Below are positions 35,926 through 48,339 of a DNA stretch of 64,000 nucleotides, one piece after another. The stretch is from Malacoraja senta (taxonomy: Eukaryota). Numbering within the stretch: the stretch's first letter is position 1; each line of letters starts with the position of its first letter. Under the pieces are notes generated by a model. It did not search any database. It was not told the DNA's origin and saw only the letters and a list, made by a program, of their open reading frames with translations. The stretch is taken from assembly GCA_038087875.1 (NCBI GenBank), contig CM075988.1, forward strand, positions 9,178,001 through 9,242,000. The letters are read 5' to 3'. The position numbers were made by a program, and so were the translations under genes.

Positions 35926-36469
35926 TCTTTACTACTATCATCATGCAGCAATCTCATTTACATTGTTATAACTTAATGGAACCAACCTATCATATATTGA
36001 AGTGACAATAATAAGGGAATGCATCACCTCTCGATAGTGGATACGTAAAATGGAGCCTTGTCACATAACTGGCTTTGGAATTTTTGCAAGGCAGTGAGAA
36101 TTCGAGGACCTGCTCTTTTCATCAGGAGGACTGAGGAGTTGTGGATGTGGGTATCACCACAATAGCTATTAATACATCACATTGCTAAATGTAGCGCTGC
36201 TGATGGGTTTTTGAGAGCAGCATTAATAATTCTATGCAAGCTAATACCCTAATCATGGCTGTGTCATAAGGAAGACGTGATTAGAGGAACAAAATGTCAT
36301 GATTCAAGCTGGCACACGAGTTTCAATATAAAAAACATTACCCTTCTATAAATAAGGCTTTACTCTATGAACTGAAAAATGACGAGATACATAATGTCAT
36401 CCGGCAAAGTGAGCCTCGAGCAATCAATTAATCTTTTTATTGCTACTGAACAGCATGTCAGTATACCAT

Positions 36470-36835
36470 TGTTAACTTGCACCCACTCTCTCTCCATCCC
36501 TCCCCCACCCTAGTCGTCGGACTAGTTTCACTGTCATCCTACTGAGTTTCATTGTATGTATTACTCGTTATCACCTTACCCACAGCCAACAATGGACCAT
36601 TGTGGGCTCCACCTTTATGTGATAATTGTTGCTGGCTTTGATCTGTCTTTTTGCCTGTTTCATTAATTTGTTCTATGTACTTTTTCACATCTCTCGGTTC
36701 CCTCTCCCCTGACCCTCAGTCTGAAGAAGGGTCCGAAAAGCTACCTATTCCTTTTCTCCAAAGGTGCTGCCTGACCTGCTGAGTTGTTGTGTCTATCTTT
36801 GGTGTAAGCCAGCAACTGCAGTTCCTTCCTACACA
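36470..36835 (+). mobile_element. PLE 3' UTR and pLTR fragment
   Basis: Ends CTCAGTCTGAAGAAGGGTCCG...GCTGCCTGACCTGCTGAGTT...CTGCAGTTCCTTCCTACACA. Confidence 0.75.
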
Positions 36836-37269
36836 TTCTTTTGTTTTATGCAGTTTGAAGAATGTGACTAATGGATTATATTTATTATGAAGTTTGTTCA
36901 AATTTATTGAAAGGAGTGGGAAGTTAAGATAAAATGCTGAAGACATTCAAAGTCCAATGATCTTCAGGTAGGTCATATAGGGTTAAAATAAGCCAGTTAA
37001 ACAGAAAGGTTAAAATGATGTGTAGTTTCCACTGCAGAATATGGAAGAGAACAAAAACAGGAAGTATAACATTTTTCTCTTCTTTTTTAGATAGTTCCTT
37101 GGGATTGATAGACAAAAATAATTCAGGCATCTCTGGAGTGAAGGATTGGGTGAAGTTTTGGGTCAAGACCCTTCTTATGACCCTTCTTCAGATTGATGAA
37201 AACCTGCTTCCATGGTGGTTTATGGGTTCTGAGGCCAAAGGGAGAACTAAAGACTTTCCCACAGATTGG

Positions 37270-37450
37270 GTTAGAGGTGCCTAAAGGTCAGGCAGAGATC
37301 TTGATCTGCAAACATTGTTTTTTCTTTGTTCACACAAAGGCATTGTAGGCATATTGAAGACAGTGGCGTATTTCCTCATCAATGTTTTCCTTTGCTGACA
37401 GTTGGCTCCTAAGAAGTGGTGATATGTTGTCACCCCCTTCTCTGGGAACT
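37270..37450 (-). mobile_element. RTE-clade LINE relic
   Basis: Minus translation PLLRSQLSAKENIDEEIRHCLQYAYNAF resembles the RTE RT motif YLGS.LS....ID.EI..R...A..AF. Confidence 0.55.
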
Positions 37451-38084
37451 GTTGTGTGTCCAATCCATCTGAGTGAAAGGAAAGTGCCCAATAGATTTGC
37501 CAACCAGGATCTTGGCAATAACAAATTTGAGAAGTCTCAATTATTTTGTAGAGCGATGTGAATAAATGCTGTATGTACTCTATTGAGAGCCTAATTGATA
37601 ATCATGTAGGATGGTGTGGGAAATGTCTAATGATGTACAAGGGAAATTTCGCTTTTGGATGAGGTGCCCTGCTACGGTAGAGTAGAAGTAACTTTCCCCT
37701 GACTTAGGTGTTGATCAAATGCTGAAACTGGGAAGCGTTCCACTCCTTGGTACTAAAATACCAAAGGGAAAAAAAGCCAAATACAGAGAGCATTCTGATT
37801 GTTGTTAAACTAAATGAACATAGATGCAGCAGCTTTAATATAGGAACAAACCCACTCAGCCTGATCTGATCCCTTCCAGCACTTGTTCTTTGGCAGACAA
37901 ATCCTACTCATTCATCTTGATATTCTTTGTTGAGATGTGACTTGGACCCTTGGAGTGGTTTCCCTCATTAACTTCAGTTTGACTGAAACTGCTCGATACC
38001 AGACTTAGTCAAACATGGCCTTGGCGTCACAGGCAGTCACTTTCACATCAGCTCTTGAATCCATATTTTGACTTGGGTTTCTTT

Positions 38085-38377
38085 AGACTTCAGAGATTCA
38101 GCGTGGAAACAGGCCCTTCAGCCCACCGAGGCCGGCCAACCATCGATCACACATACACTAGTTCTATCCTACAGGCTAGTGATAATTTACAGAAGCCAAT
38201 TAACCTACAAACCTGCACATCTTTGGAATGTGGGAGGAAACCGGAGCATTCGGAAAAACCCGAGTGGTCACAGGAAGAACGTGCAAACTCGGTACAGACA
38301 GTACCCATAGTGAGGATCGAACCCAGGTTTCTGGCGTTGTAAGACAGCACCCCTACCGTTGTGCCACTGTGCCTCCC
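38085..38377 (-). mobile_element. tRNA-derived SINE
   Basis: Family structure. Confidence 0.85.
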
Positions 38378-38410
38378 CTTGTGTTAAGATCTTTAGCTCA
38401 GTGCACCTCT

Positions 38411-38547
38411 TCTTCTTCTTGCGTATGGTGTGCACAGCCTAAATTTGTAAGACAACTTGTTCTGTTTGATCTTCCGTTTGTGCGTGCCAGGTTGATTGCA
38501 TTCATCGAAACAGGGTGGACCACGTGAAGGTTGCAATCTCCCACCCC
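38411..38547 (-). mobile_element. 137-bp non-autonomous retroposon (Vingi/Ingi-like short derivative) with 5' HDV-like ribozyme
   Basis: 11-bp TSD AGTGCACCTCT (38400-38410, 38548-38558); 3' end CATACGC(AAG)n; no tRNA head; 5' end is a ribozyme fold. Confidence 0.85.
38494..38547 (-). ncRNA. Minimal HDV-like self-cleaving ribozyme fold (catalytic C apparently mutated to U in this copy)
   Basis: Minus strand GGGGUGG-GA-GAUUGCA-ACC-UUCACGU-GGU-CCACCCU-G-UUUCGA-UGAA-UGCAAUC = P1 (7 bp with G1.U), P2 (7 bp), P3 (3 bp), consensus L3, short P4, J4/2. Confidence 0.85.
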
Positions 38548-39649
38548 AGTGCACCTCTGCTGGTCAAGAATCTACTAGGGAAACACAATTATTAACACGT
38601 AGCCACCACTACCTGGCATCTTTACCATCCATTAGCCCATGAGACTAGAGGTGGTAACGAACAGTCTGATCAGAATTGTGGCTATGAATCACTTTTCTTT
38701 CAGGCTATTGATACATTCAGAACAATCCTTGTTCCTATGAAGTTCAGGTCTGTATTCCTGAGCACTCCTGAGTATAGTGCATTCAATTTTAATTAGAAAT
38801 GTGCTCACTAAATGTTGAGCTTGCTATAGCCACGAGTGAGGAGAGGATGCATTGCTCTTCTTCATGTGGCACCAATGTTTTCTTGTTAGTGCCCACACAT
38901 GAAGGTTGCAAGGTCACAGAGGGTATTCATAGCAAGGAGAACAGGGGACAGAAGGGAAGAGGCAGGCTGCAGTAAATGGTCTTTGGCAGCATGATCTAAA
39001 ATTTGATTCAAAAAAATCATTGTATAACAACTGACAAATAACAATCAGTGACAACTGCGAAATGGAGGAGGAGGATCCAAAAACATCCTCACCCCTCAAT
39101 AATAATGGGGATAATATACGAGCTCTGAAGGCAAGGACAATGCATTTGTAACCATGAAATGTCAAAAAGATGACGACTCCTTTTCTTTCTGAGATGCACA
39201 CACCACCCACAAAAATGTCTTCAGTGCGATTAAATTGATGTGTTATCCAGAAAAAACTGAGACCAGACAATATTCAGGCTGTAGTACTAGAGATGTGCTC
39301 CAGACCAAGCCATGCTTCAAGCTAAGGTTGTTCCAGTCCAGTTACAACACTGAAATGTACCTGACAATTTAGTTTAGTTTAGAGATACAGCAGCTTTCAG
39401 CCCACAGTCCATGCTGGCCATCGATCATCTGTTCACACGAGTTCCCACTTTCTCATCCATCCCCTACACTGCACATTAGGGTTAATTTTACAGAGGCCAA
39501 CTAGAAATTTTCACGACTTTGCGACATTCCCCATTGATATTGCCTCTTCACAAGTAGTAGGTAAAATCCAATCTGACTAATCAGATCAATTTTCAATCAA
39601 TAACAAAGAGATGCAAGGTGTCATGGACAATGCTAGCAAATGACACTAA

Positions 39650-40484
39650 TGCCCCTGTCCCACTTAGGAAACCTGAACGGAAACCTCTGTTGACCTTGCG
39701 CCCCACCCAAGATTTCCATGAGTCACCAGAGGTTTTGGTCACTTGCCTGGAAAGCCTCGACCGAAGCGTGAGCTGCATCTACTGACCAAAGATCCTACAG
39801 GATCTTTGCTACCGACCGCGCACACACACACACACACACACACAAACACATTGGGAAGGTGGGGGCCAGGGACAGCGGAGGAGCGCTGTCTGCGCGATGA
39901 AGAGGAAAGTAAACGGCTGCCACAGAGCACGGTAAGTCCTTTAGAGAGCGCGGGAGGGAGGGAGAGAAGGGGAGAGAAGGACAGAGAAGGGGAGAGAGAA
40001 GGGGAGAGAGAAGGGGAGAGAGAAGGGGAAGAGAAGGGGAGAGAGAAGGGGAGAGAAGGGGAGAGAAGGGGGGGGGAGAAGTAGTGGAGACAGTTTTAAG
40101 AAGTTTAATAAAGTTAGTGGGCATTTTACCTTCCGGCGGCTCTTCTAGGTCCTGAAAACCAAAGATCCTATAGGATCTTTGCTGAAAACTCCAATGAGCC
40201 AATCAAAATGGCTGGTCAGCGAAGGAGATTGCCTTCGACTGCCTGTAAGTAAATAGCAACCCCACTCCACTGGCTTCGACCAAACGGCAACCTATTTTTA
40301 GTCGAGGCCGTTTTTTGTTTTTTTTAAATAATCGCAGGAACATAGAAGAAGCCTCGACTACGCGGAAACCACCTTCCACCATTAGGGAGAGTGACCAAAA
40401 CCTCTGGGAACCTCGTGGAAACCTTGGGTGGGGCACAAGGTCTCCAGAGGTTTCCGTTCAGGTTTCCTAAGTGGGACAGGGGCA
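39650..40484. mobile_element. Non-autonomous DNA transposon (MITE), PIF/Harbinger-type
   Basis: 40-bp perfect TIR TGCCCCTGTCCCACTTAGGAAACCTGAACGGAAACCTCTG extending imperfectly to about 95 bp; TAA duplication (39647-39649, 40485-40487). Confidence 0.9.
39955..40080. repeat. Purine-rich (GAGAGAAGGGGA)n-type repeat inside the MITE
   Basis: Directly visible. Confidence 0.85.
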
Positions 40485-40805
40485 TAACTCACCAATAATC
40501 TAATCATCCTGCACACTTCTGCTTTTGCCAGGATCACACAACTCCAGGCCTATCATCAAAACGTTGGTGCATTATTCAATGCCAGCGGAGAGGTGAGCAT
40601 GTCTGCCCTTGACACCACTTATAACATAACATCAATTCCACCCATTGATGCCAGTTCACAGCACCATCCCATTGTCACATCAACGTCCTTTACGACTTCA
40701 TCTCTCTATGGTGGAAAACCTGCACACTGGAAGTTAAATCTGTTCAGCAAGTGTGTGTTGGACTCTTTCATTAATATCTCTGCTTAACTTAAGACTCGAT
40801 TCAAT

Positions 40806-41098
40806 TAGTTTAGTTTAGTTTAGAGATACAGCGCAGAAACAGGCCGCTTTGGCCGACCGAGACCACGCCAGCAATCCCTGCACACTGAATCTATCCGATA
40901 CACACTGGGGACAATTTACAATTTTACCAAGCCAAATAGCCTACGTCTTGAGTGTGTGGGAGGAAACCACAGCACCTAGAGAAAACACCCACAGGTCACA
41001 GGGAGAATGTACAAACTCCATACGGACGGCGGCAGCAGTCAGGATCGAACCTGGGTCTCCAGCGCTGTGAGGCAGCAACTCTACCGCTGTGCTACCAC
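40806..41098 (-). mobile_element. tRNA-derived SINE flanked by an inverted duplication
   Basis: Family structure; 40760-40833 is mirrored at 41098-41176. Confidence 0.85.
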
Positions 41099-41884
41099 GC
41101 TGTATCTCTAAACTAAACTAAACTAAACTAAACTAATTGAGTCTTAAGTTAAGCAGAGATATTAATGAAAGAGTCCTACTTCTCAACAATCTGGTTCAGA
41201 TGGCAAAATCCAAAGGGTGCCTTCACAGAGTGTACAGCGAGGCTGGGGAATTGCAATCAACTCAATCAAACTATTCTTACTAATTGTAGCCGCATGAGAA
41301 ATTCTTTCCAAAAAAACACTGAAACAAGCAAATTTAAATAACCATCTGTCCAACTCCAAAAAAATGCCATTCGAATAAACATTCAGACTAATTCTTTGAA
41401 TCTGAAATGAATGCCATGCCTGTTCCCTTGGAGTCGTGGCTTGCTCTATGACTGATTACAGCTATTGTTTCTAAATCGATCTGCGGCAGATTGCTGCACA
41501 TTACAATCTGTATCGGATGCATTGCAGCAACTTAACCAAATAGGATCATCTATACCTGTGATTCCTGCCCCGCAACAATGGGGAAACCATCTCCTTCAAG
41601 TTAATTATCAAACTAGTTTCACCCTTTACCAGCAGATACTGCTTTATCATTTCCAGGACAAAACTCTGGAACTCCTTAACACAATGATAGGATTAGCTTC
41701 AACAGGAGGGCACGGAAAAAATTGCACTATTTATATCTTCACAAACTACAAGGCCTGGGCAATAAATGTTGACATTGCTAGACAAATCCCGAGAGCAAAT
41801 GTTTAAAGTTTGTGCTCCAATAATGGAACAGTACTCTCCATATCTTTCCAATCTGAAATACTTCCCTATCCTCATTGAGAGTCT

Positions 41885-42870
41885 CAGAGTCAAGAGTCAT
41901 ACAGCATGGAAACAGGCCCTTCAGCCCAACTCGTCCATGCTGACCAAGATGCCCCATCTAACCTAGTCCCATTTGCCCGCATTTGACCAATATCTCACTC
42001 AACCTTTCCAATCTTAGTTCATCATTTCCAAATAATTCATTGTCCCTACTGTCACTTAGCATGGCTATTGCCAGAAAACCTTTGTGTAGAACTTTAAAGT
42101 CATAGAGACATATACCATGGGAAGAAGTCATTTGGCCCAACTTGCTCACACAGATCAACATGCTCCAACTACACTAGTCCCACCTGCCTGTGTTTGGCCC
42201 ATATCCCTCAAAACCTATTCTATCCATGTATCTGTCTAAATGTTTCCTAAACATTGTGATAGTACCTGCCTCAATTATCTCCTCCAGCAGCTTATTGCAT
42301 ACTCGCACCACCCTTTGTGTAAAAAAAATTACCCCTTTGGTTCCTATCTTTTCCCCTTCACCTTAAACCCATGTTGTCTTGTTCGCGATTTACCAACTCT
42401 GGGCAAAATACTCTGTGCATTTACCTGATAGACAATAGACAATAGACAAGAGACAATAGGTACAGGAGTAGGCCATTCAGCCCTTTGAGCCAGCACCACC
42501 ATTCAATGTGATCATGGCTGATCGTCCCCGTTCCTGCCTTCTCCCCATATCTTTAAGAGCCCTATCTAGCTCTCTCTTGAACGTACCCAAAGAACCAGAC
42601 TACACCCCCCTCTGAGGCAGAGAATTCCACAGACTCACATCTCTCTGTGTGATCTATTCTTCTCGTGATTTTATACACTATAAGATCACCCTTCTTCCTC
42701 CTGCACTCCAAGGATTAAACTCCTAGCCTGCTCAATCTCTCCCTATAGCTCCGGCCCTCTAGTTGTGGCAACATCTTTCCTTTAACAGGGTGACCAAAAC
42801 TGAACACAATACTCTAAGTATGGCCTCACCAATGTCTTACGCAACAGTGACGTGACCTCCCAACTCTATT
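41885..42870 (-). mobile_element. Nested CR1 3' fragments (about 41885-42010 and 42098-42870, with 42428-42650 inserted)
   Basis: Reverse CR1 3' UTRs with (CTATGA)n and (CTATTGT)n tails. Confidence 0.8.
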
Positions 42871-44107
42871 TAATGGCTTGCCATAACCCAAGTAAATCAC
42901 CTCATTCTATTCTTTCAATTATTTCTGCATATAACTTGGTAAGGATGCTTGGGATCAACATATTCTTTAGAGGTCTATGCACACTATCCTTTATTAAATA
43001 ATGTTTCTCAAAGTGCGCAATATATTTTGTATTGAATGTTCCGTTAAATTAAGTATAATTTGCTTTTTAATCTCATGGTTTGCTTCAATTTATTGTGGGA
43101 TTTCACTTTCCTCCCTACACCCGATTTTTACCTTTTATTAAGAGTTATGAAAAAAATAATTCCAATATCTTTCCATAATAAGAAAGACTGGAAAAATGAT
43201 GCAATGATAATTTTGGTGTGCATAACATGATTTAAAAATTCTCCCTTATAAAAGGCAAAAAAAATGTTAAAGCAATTTTAGTGAAAGAACATTACTTGAC
43301 AGTCAAATGATTCTTAATTGAAGATAATTAAAATGACAGCAATGACAATTTTAATGACGTGTCATACTTTCAAAACCAAAAAGTGTCAAACTTCATATAC
43401 TGTAAGTAGACTCTGGTATACTTCAATGCTCACTTTTACATTTTGTTCCATGGTTCATTATTATTATTTTTTTTCTGAAGATGGGGATTAAAATTAATTC
43501 GGAAGTGCTTAAATTTAAAAAGACGACATTAGGCATGCGAAAAAAAAAATCCATGTTAGATTAGAGCAAGCTGTATAATAGAAATGATACACATTATCAC
43601 TTAAGCAATTCATCTAGCCAAAATCTGCTCCCATATCCTTGCTCATGTCTGTCCATTCATTGTATCAACCCATAGTTCAACGATCTACTCAGACACCGGG
43701 TCCTTCTCTTCAATTTTTCTCATGGCCTCCCACCTCACAATTTCTAGCATCTCTCGTGAGCCTCTGAAATGTTATAATTCCTAATGTCCACTATTGGCCT
43801 CCAAGTCCTCAGCTACCTTACCATACACTCTGGAAATCCCTCTCTCAACCGCCCATGTCTTCAAGACATGTCCTTCAAAGAAAGGACAATTCTTGAAACC
43901 AATCTCTTTGACCAAGCTTAGAGTCATAGAGTCATACAGTATGGAATGAGAGGGAAGATAGCCCATATAAGTAGGTGAGGAGGAGGGATGGAGAAAGAGC
44001 TCGCAAGGTGTACATGGGTCCCAATGAGGAGGGGCTGATTGCCTGAACGAGAGGGTTGGGTGTGAGAGGGAAACAAACAAGGTGATGAGGGCTGATGTAA
44101 AGAAAGG

Positions 44108-44445
44108 TGTGTGTGCGTGTCTGTGTGTATGTGTGTGTATGTGAGTGTGTGTGTGTGTGTGTGTGCGCGTGTGTGTGTGTGTGTGTGCACCTGTGTGTGT
44201 GCGTGTGTGTGTATGTGTGTGTATGTGAGTGTGTGCGTGTGTGTGTGTGCATGTGTGTGTGCGTGTGTGTGTGTGTGTGCGTGTGTGTGTGTGTATGTGA
44301 GTGTGTGTGTGTGCGCATGTGTGCATGTGTGTGGGTGTGTGTGCATGTGTGTGTGTGTGTGTGTGCTCGCGTGTGTGTGTGTGTGTGTGATGTATGTGTG
44401 TGTGTGTGCGCGTGTGTGCATGTGTGTGCGTGTCTGTGTGCATGT
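44108..44445. repeat. Imperfect (GT)n microsatellite, about 340 bp
   Basis: Directly visible; source of the H/T- and C/V-rich ORFs. Confidence 0.95.
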
Positions 44446-44454
44446 GAGGACCTG

Positions 44455-45190
44455 GGTAAAGTTGAAGGAGAGAAGGGTGGGGAGTGGGGGGGGGGGGGGA
44501 GAGAAACAACTATCAGAAAATGACAAATTCAATGGTGTCATTTTGTAGCCTAACCAGGGGGAACATGAGGTGTTGTTTCTCTAGTCTGCATTTGGCCTCA
44601 CCTGGGCAGTGGAGGAGGCCAAGGACAGACAGGTCGGTGTGGGAATGGAAGATAAATTAAAATGACAGAACCTGGACAGATCTCAGGTGCTTGGCAGTGG
44701 TCGCCTGGTCTGTTTGTTTTAGTCCGTGTATATTGGGAAGAGAAAAGATGAATGGGAAGATCCATTATCCACTGTAATTGCATGGCAATGTACTGCAAGA
44801 AATAGAGTGGGTGGTGTAGTTGAGAGAGCAAACCATTAGTTGGAGAGGAAACTAAAGTGGAGAGAAAGTGAAAATGTGTATTGATGCAGAATCTATTTAA
44901 AGATGGTGGAAATTATGGAGCATGTTCTGTTGAATGTGGAAGTTGATGGGGTGGAAGGGAATGATAACGAGACTGTCTTATGGCTTGGAGAACAGCAGGT
45001 GAGAGATGTACAGACACTACAACAAACACATCTTCGACTCCAGTCAACTACGGTCAAGGAGAAGCCATGATTAAAGAAACTGGAAGTATTCCAGAAGCAT
45101 TGTTATGGAAAGTCAGAACAGACATAACTGAACTGGGAGAGTTTAATGAAGCCCTTAGATGAAGTCTTGTCCAGAGACCCATAGAAGTCC
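44455..45190 (-). mobile_element. Degenerate PLE endonuclease/RT relic
   Basis: AAATTCAATG...GAACATGAGGTGTTGTTTCTC...GGCCAAGGACAGAC resembles 30970-31090. Confidence 0.5.
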
Positions 45191-45738
45191 GAGGGTTTGT
45201 GATGGATGGTGAATGGGTGATCTATGGTAGGCGGGGACTAGGTGGGCTGAAGGACATGTTTCCGTGCTGTATCTCTAAACTAAACTATACTAAACTAACT
45301 AAACTAATCTAAACTAAATACTCGCTGCCTGACTCGCTGAGTATTTCAAGCATTTTCTGTTTAATGCTAAGAAGTCAGAATAAAATCATGAGTTCAACTT
45401 AAGATTTTCTGTTTTGGACGTTTGTAGTTCTCCAATCTAAGCAAATGCAAAGCATTTTAATTTCAGGGACACATCTGCTCCAGCCCACATGAAGACAGAG
45501 AAACAAAGAACATCTAAAGAAAAATGAGTATGTGAGGAAACACAGCTGTTGAACTAATAATGACTGCTCCCAAAAGTACAAATAATAGATAGATGAGAGG
45601 CCGGGTGATGCCATTGTTTCATTTATGTTCCACAACAGCAAATTGTTGTGATGAAAGTTGCTGTCATCTTCTGAACATTGATCCTGCTTGGAATCTGTTT
45701 CTCCCTTGGCTTGGCTTCTACTTTCCATGACATCTGGT

Positions 45739-46060
45739 GGGCAGCACAATGGTGCAGCTGGTAAAGCTGCTGCCTCACAGTGCCAGGGACCAGGGCTCAA
45801 TCTTGGCCTTGGGTGCTGCCCATGTAAAATTTGCCTGTTCTTCTGTAAGCGCTCATGTTTCCTCTGGGTGCTCCAGTTTCCTCCCATATCCCAAAGTCAT
45901 GTAGGTGTGTAGGTCAATCAACTTCTTTGACATTGCCCCCTTGTGTGTAGTGTGAAAGTTGGATAACATAGAGCTAGTGTGAACGGGTGATCGATGGTTG
46001 GCGTGGACTTGTGGGGCGATGGGTCTGTTTCTATGCTGTATCTTTCAATCAATCAATCAA
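45739..46060 (+). mobile_element. tRNA-derived SINE, older subfamily with (TCAA)n tail
   Basis: Family structure. Confidence 0.8.
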
Positions 46061-46884
46061 TTCCAGTTTCAGGATACACATAAAGCATAACAATGCCAGG
46101 GCTGGAATGGAAATTTGTCACTGTCAAAGTAGAGTGTATGAGTAAGAATGGTCCATTTTTAGTGGTGAGCCACCATTTTGAACTGCTGCAATGCTTCTGT
46201 GAAGGTCTTCATAGCAACTGAAGGTGGTTCTTGAATTTTGACCCATTAGCCATAAAGGAGTAGACTCCTAGTGTCATACTGCATAGAAAAAGCTCTTCAG
46301 CCAATCAGGTCCATTCTTACCAGTATTTACTCTGCAACCTTCTATGCCTTGGCGATTCAAATGCTTGCCTAGATACCGGGTCAATGTTTGACACTACCTG
46401 CCTCCACCATCTTCTCAGGTAGTGTGTTCCAGATTGCAACCATCTGTCCTAAATCCCCTCTAAACATTTCATTCTTCACCATAATCCTATTCCCTCTGGT
46501 CTTCAACACCTCTGCCAGAGGAAAAGTCTTCTTACTATCTGGCCTACCCACGGCAAGTCAGGACAAAGTGCGCATTTAAGGAGTTGGACATCTGCTGGCC
46601 TTCTCCTTTGTTCAGGGAGGAGAGTGTGGGTTTGGGTGGTGCTGCTGGAGGAGCTAGGGAGAGTAACTGTGATGCATATGTGGAGCATACACACTGCAGC
46701 CAAGGTGCACCAGTGGTGGAGGATGACTGATGGGACACCTGGACGGTAGACAAGGTTGCAGAACAATTTTTGTCGAGACTCATTGAGACAAAATGATGTT
46801 ATCTGACTGGAAAGAAGTCTTTGAGGATGCCACAGACATTAGAATTCCCTCCTTTTTGAGGTGGAGTATTGGGTGAATGCAAGG

Positions 46885-47192
46885 ACATGGATAGGTGACG
46901 TTTTGGGTCAGGACCCTTTTTCGGACTGGGGAAGTGTCCCGACCTGATACGTCGACGATCTATGTTCTCCAGAGATGCTGCCTGACTTGCTGAGTTACTC
47001 CAGCACTTTGTGTCCTTTTTACATTGGAATATGAACATCAGCATATGCAGAAGTGGTTCATAGTCCGTTAACCACACAGGTCACGGGGAGAATGTACAAA
47101 CTCCGTGCAGACAAGCATTCATAGTTAGGATTGAACCCATGTCTCTGGCTCTGTAAGGCCGCAACTAAAACACTGCGCCACCATGCCACCCC
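46885..47192. mobile_element. Fold-back PLE termini (about 46885-47050) followed by a SINE 5' half (47075-47192, minus)
   Basis: GGACATGGATAGGTGACGTTTTGGGTC mirrored by CTATGTTCTCCAGAGATGCTG; SINE B-box region. Confidence 0.7.
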
Positions 47193-47592
47193 TCTATCTC
47201 ATTCTGCTCCTCTGTCTTATGAGCTTATGATCGTTGAGAATTGCGTAAATATAATACCGTATGCTCAGGGAGGGGAAATTACCATTGCTTCAATGTGTTG
47301 AATTTCCCCTTTGCTCAGAATATTGCTCGATTAAACAAATTAATTTCCACAATGTTCTTGTCAGTCACATTCATTCTCTCTGAAACATTGTGCAATCCAA
47401 GGTGGCATTAATTCTTATTCAAAAGGAGAATCCGTTACTTAGATTCCCACTGTTCCACACTAGATTTATAAATTAGCAAATTATTACTTTAACAATGTTT
47501 GCAGAATTGAACAAATTGCCTTGAAAGAAAACAAAATAAATTGCACACGCTAGAAAATCAGAAAACCCCCCAGCAGTTCAGGCCACTTCTAC

Positions 47593-47820
47593 TTTAGAGA
47601 TACAGTGCAGAAACAGGCCCTTTGGCCTACCTAGTCCATGCCGACCAGTGTTCACCCCATACATGAACACTATCCTACACACTAGGGACAATTTACACAC
47701 ACATACACATACAAACAGGCACACACATATACACACGCACACATACACACAAATGTGCACATACACAGACATACACACAAACACACGTGCACACACACAT
47801 ACACAGACGCTCGCACACAC
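47593..47820 (-). repeat. SINE 3' part running into an imperfect (CA)n microsatellite (47694-47820)
   Basis: Directly visible. Confidence 0.8.
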
Positions 47821-48339
47821 AGCTCTGGGGTTTAGAATTGAACTACTGCGCTGCACTAATGTGCTGTCTATTGCTGCAATGAATCTGGTTTGAGCTATTT
47901 TGTGGATGGAACGGGTTGCACCATGTGGGGATACTGACTTAATAACCTCTCCCTGTTATACCATCCCCTTGCAACACTGATATTGAGACTATTGTGATTT
48001 TAATTTCATTTTTCAAAGTTATAGCCTTGTGTTGCAAGCATTGGTTGAACTAGTATAATATACAGGGTCACTCATAGCACAGGCTCAGGAGCTAATGGTG
48101 TATTTGAGCTGTATGTATACTTGTGCTTCATTCTGTGATTGAAGATTCAATCTCTTTTATGCCAAGTGCTGAGGACCAAGCTTCTCAGGGCTTATCGTCC
48201 GCTGAGTGGAAAACATGACGAACAGATGCAATTCACTTTAATAAGAAAAATTATATCAGTGATGGAAAAGTTTAGATATTTTTTGTGACGACAAATGGAT
48301 ATACAAAAACAATCCCTCACTCCTCCTTCAAAACAATCC

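Larger units (their letters stand above)
39000..40620 (+). mobile_element. Highly degenerate CR1/L2-group LINE RT relic, interrupted by a SINE 3' part (39369-39500) and a MITE
   Basis: Residual PDNIQAVVL..C.P......LFQSSYNT reading at about 39263-39365, continuing past the MITE; many stops and frameshifts. Confidence 0.55.

Noticed and set aside
43781..44548. Long His/Thr- and Cys/Val-rich ORFs
   Set aside because: Translations of a (GT)n microsatellite; the same applies to 47578-47893 and 53928-54247
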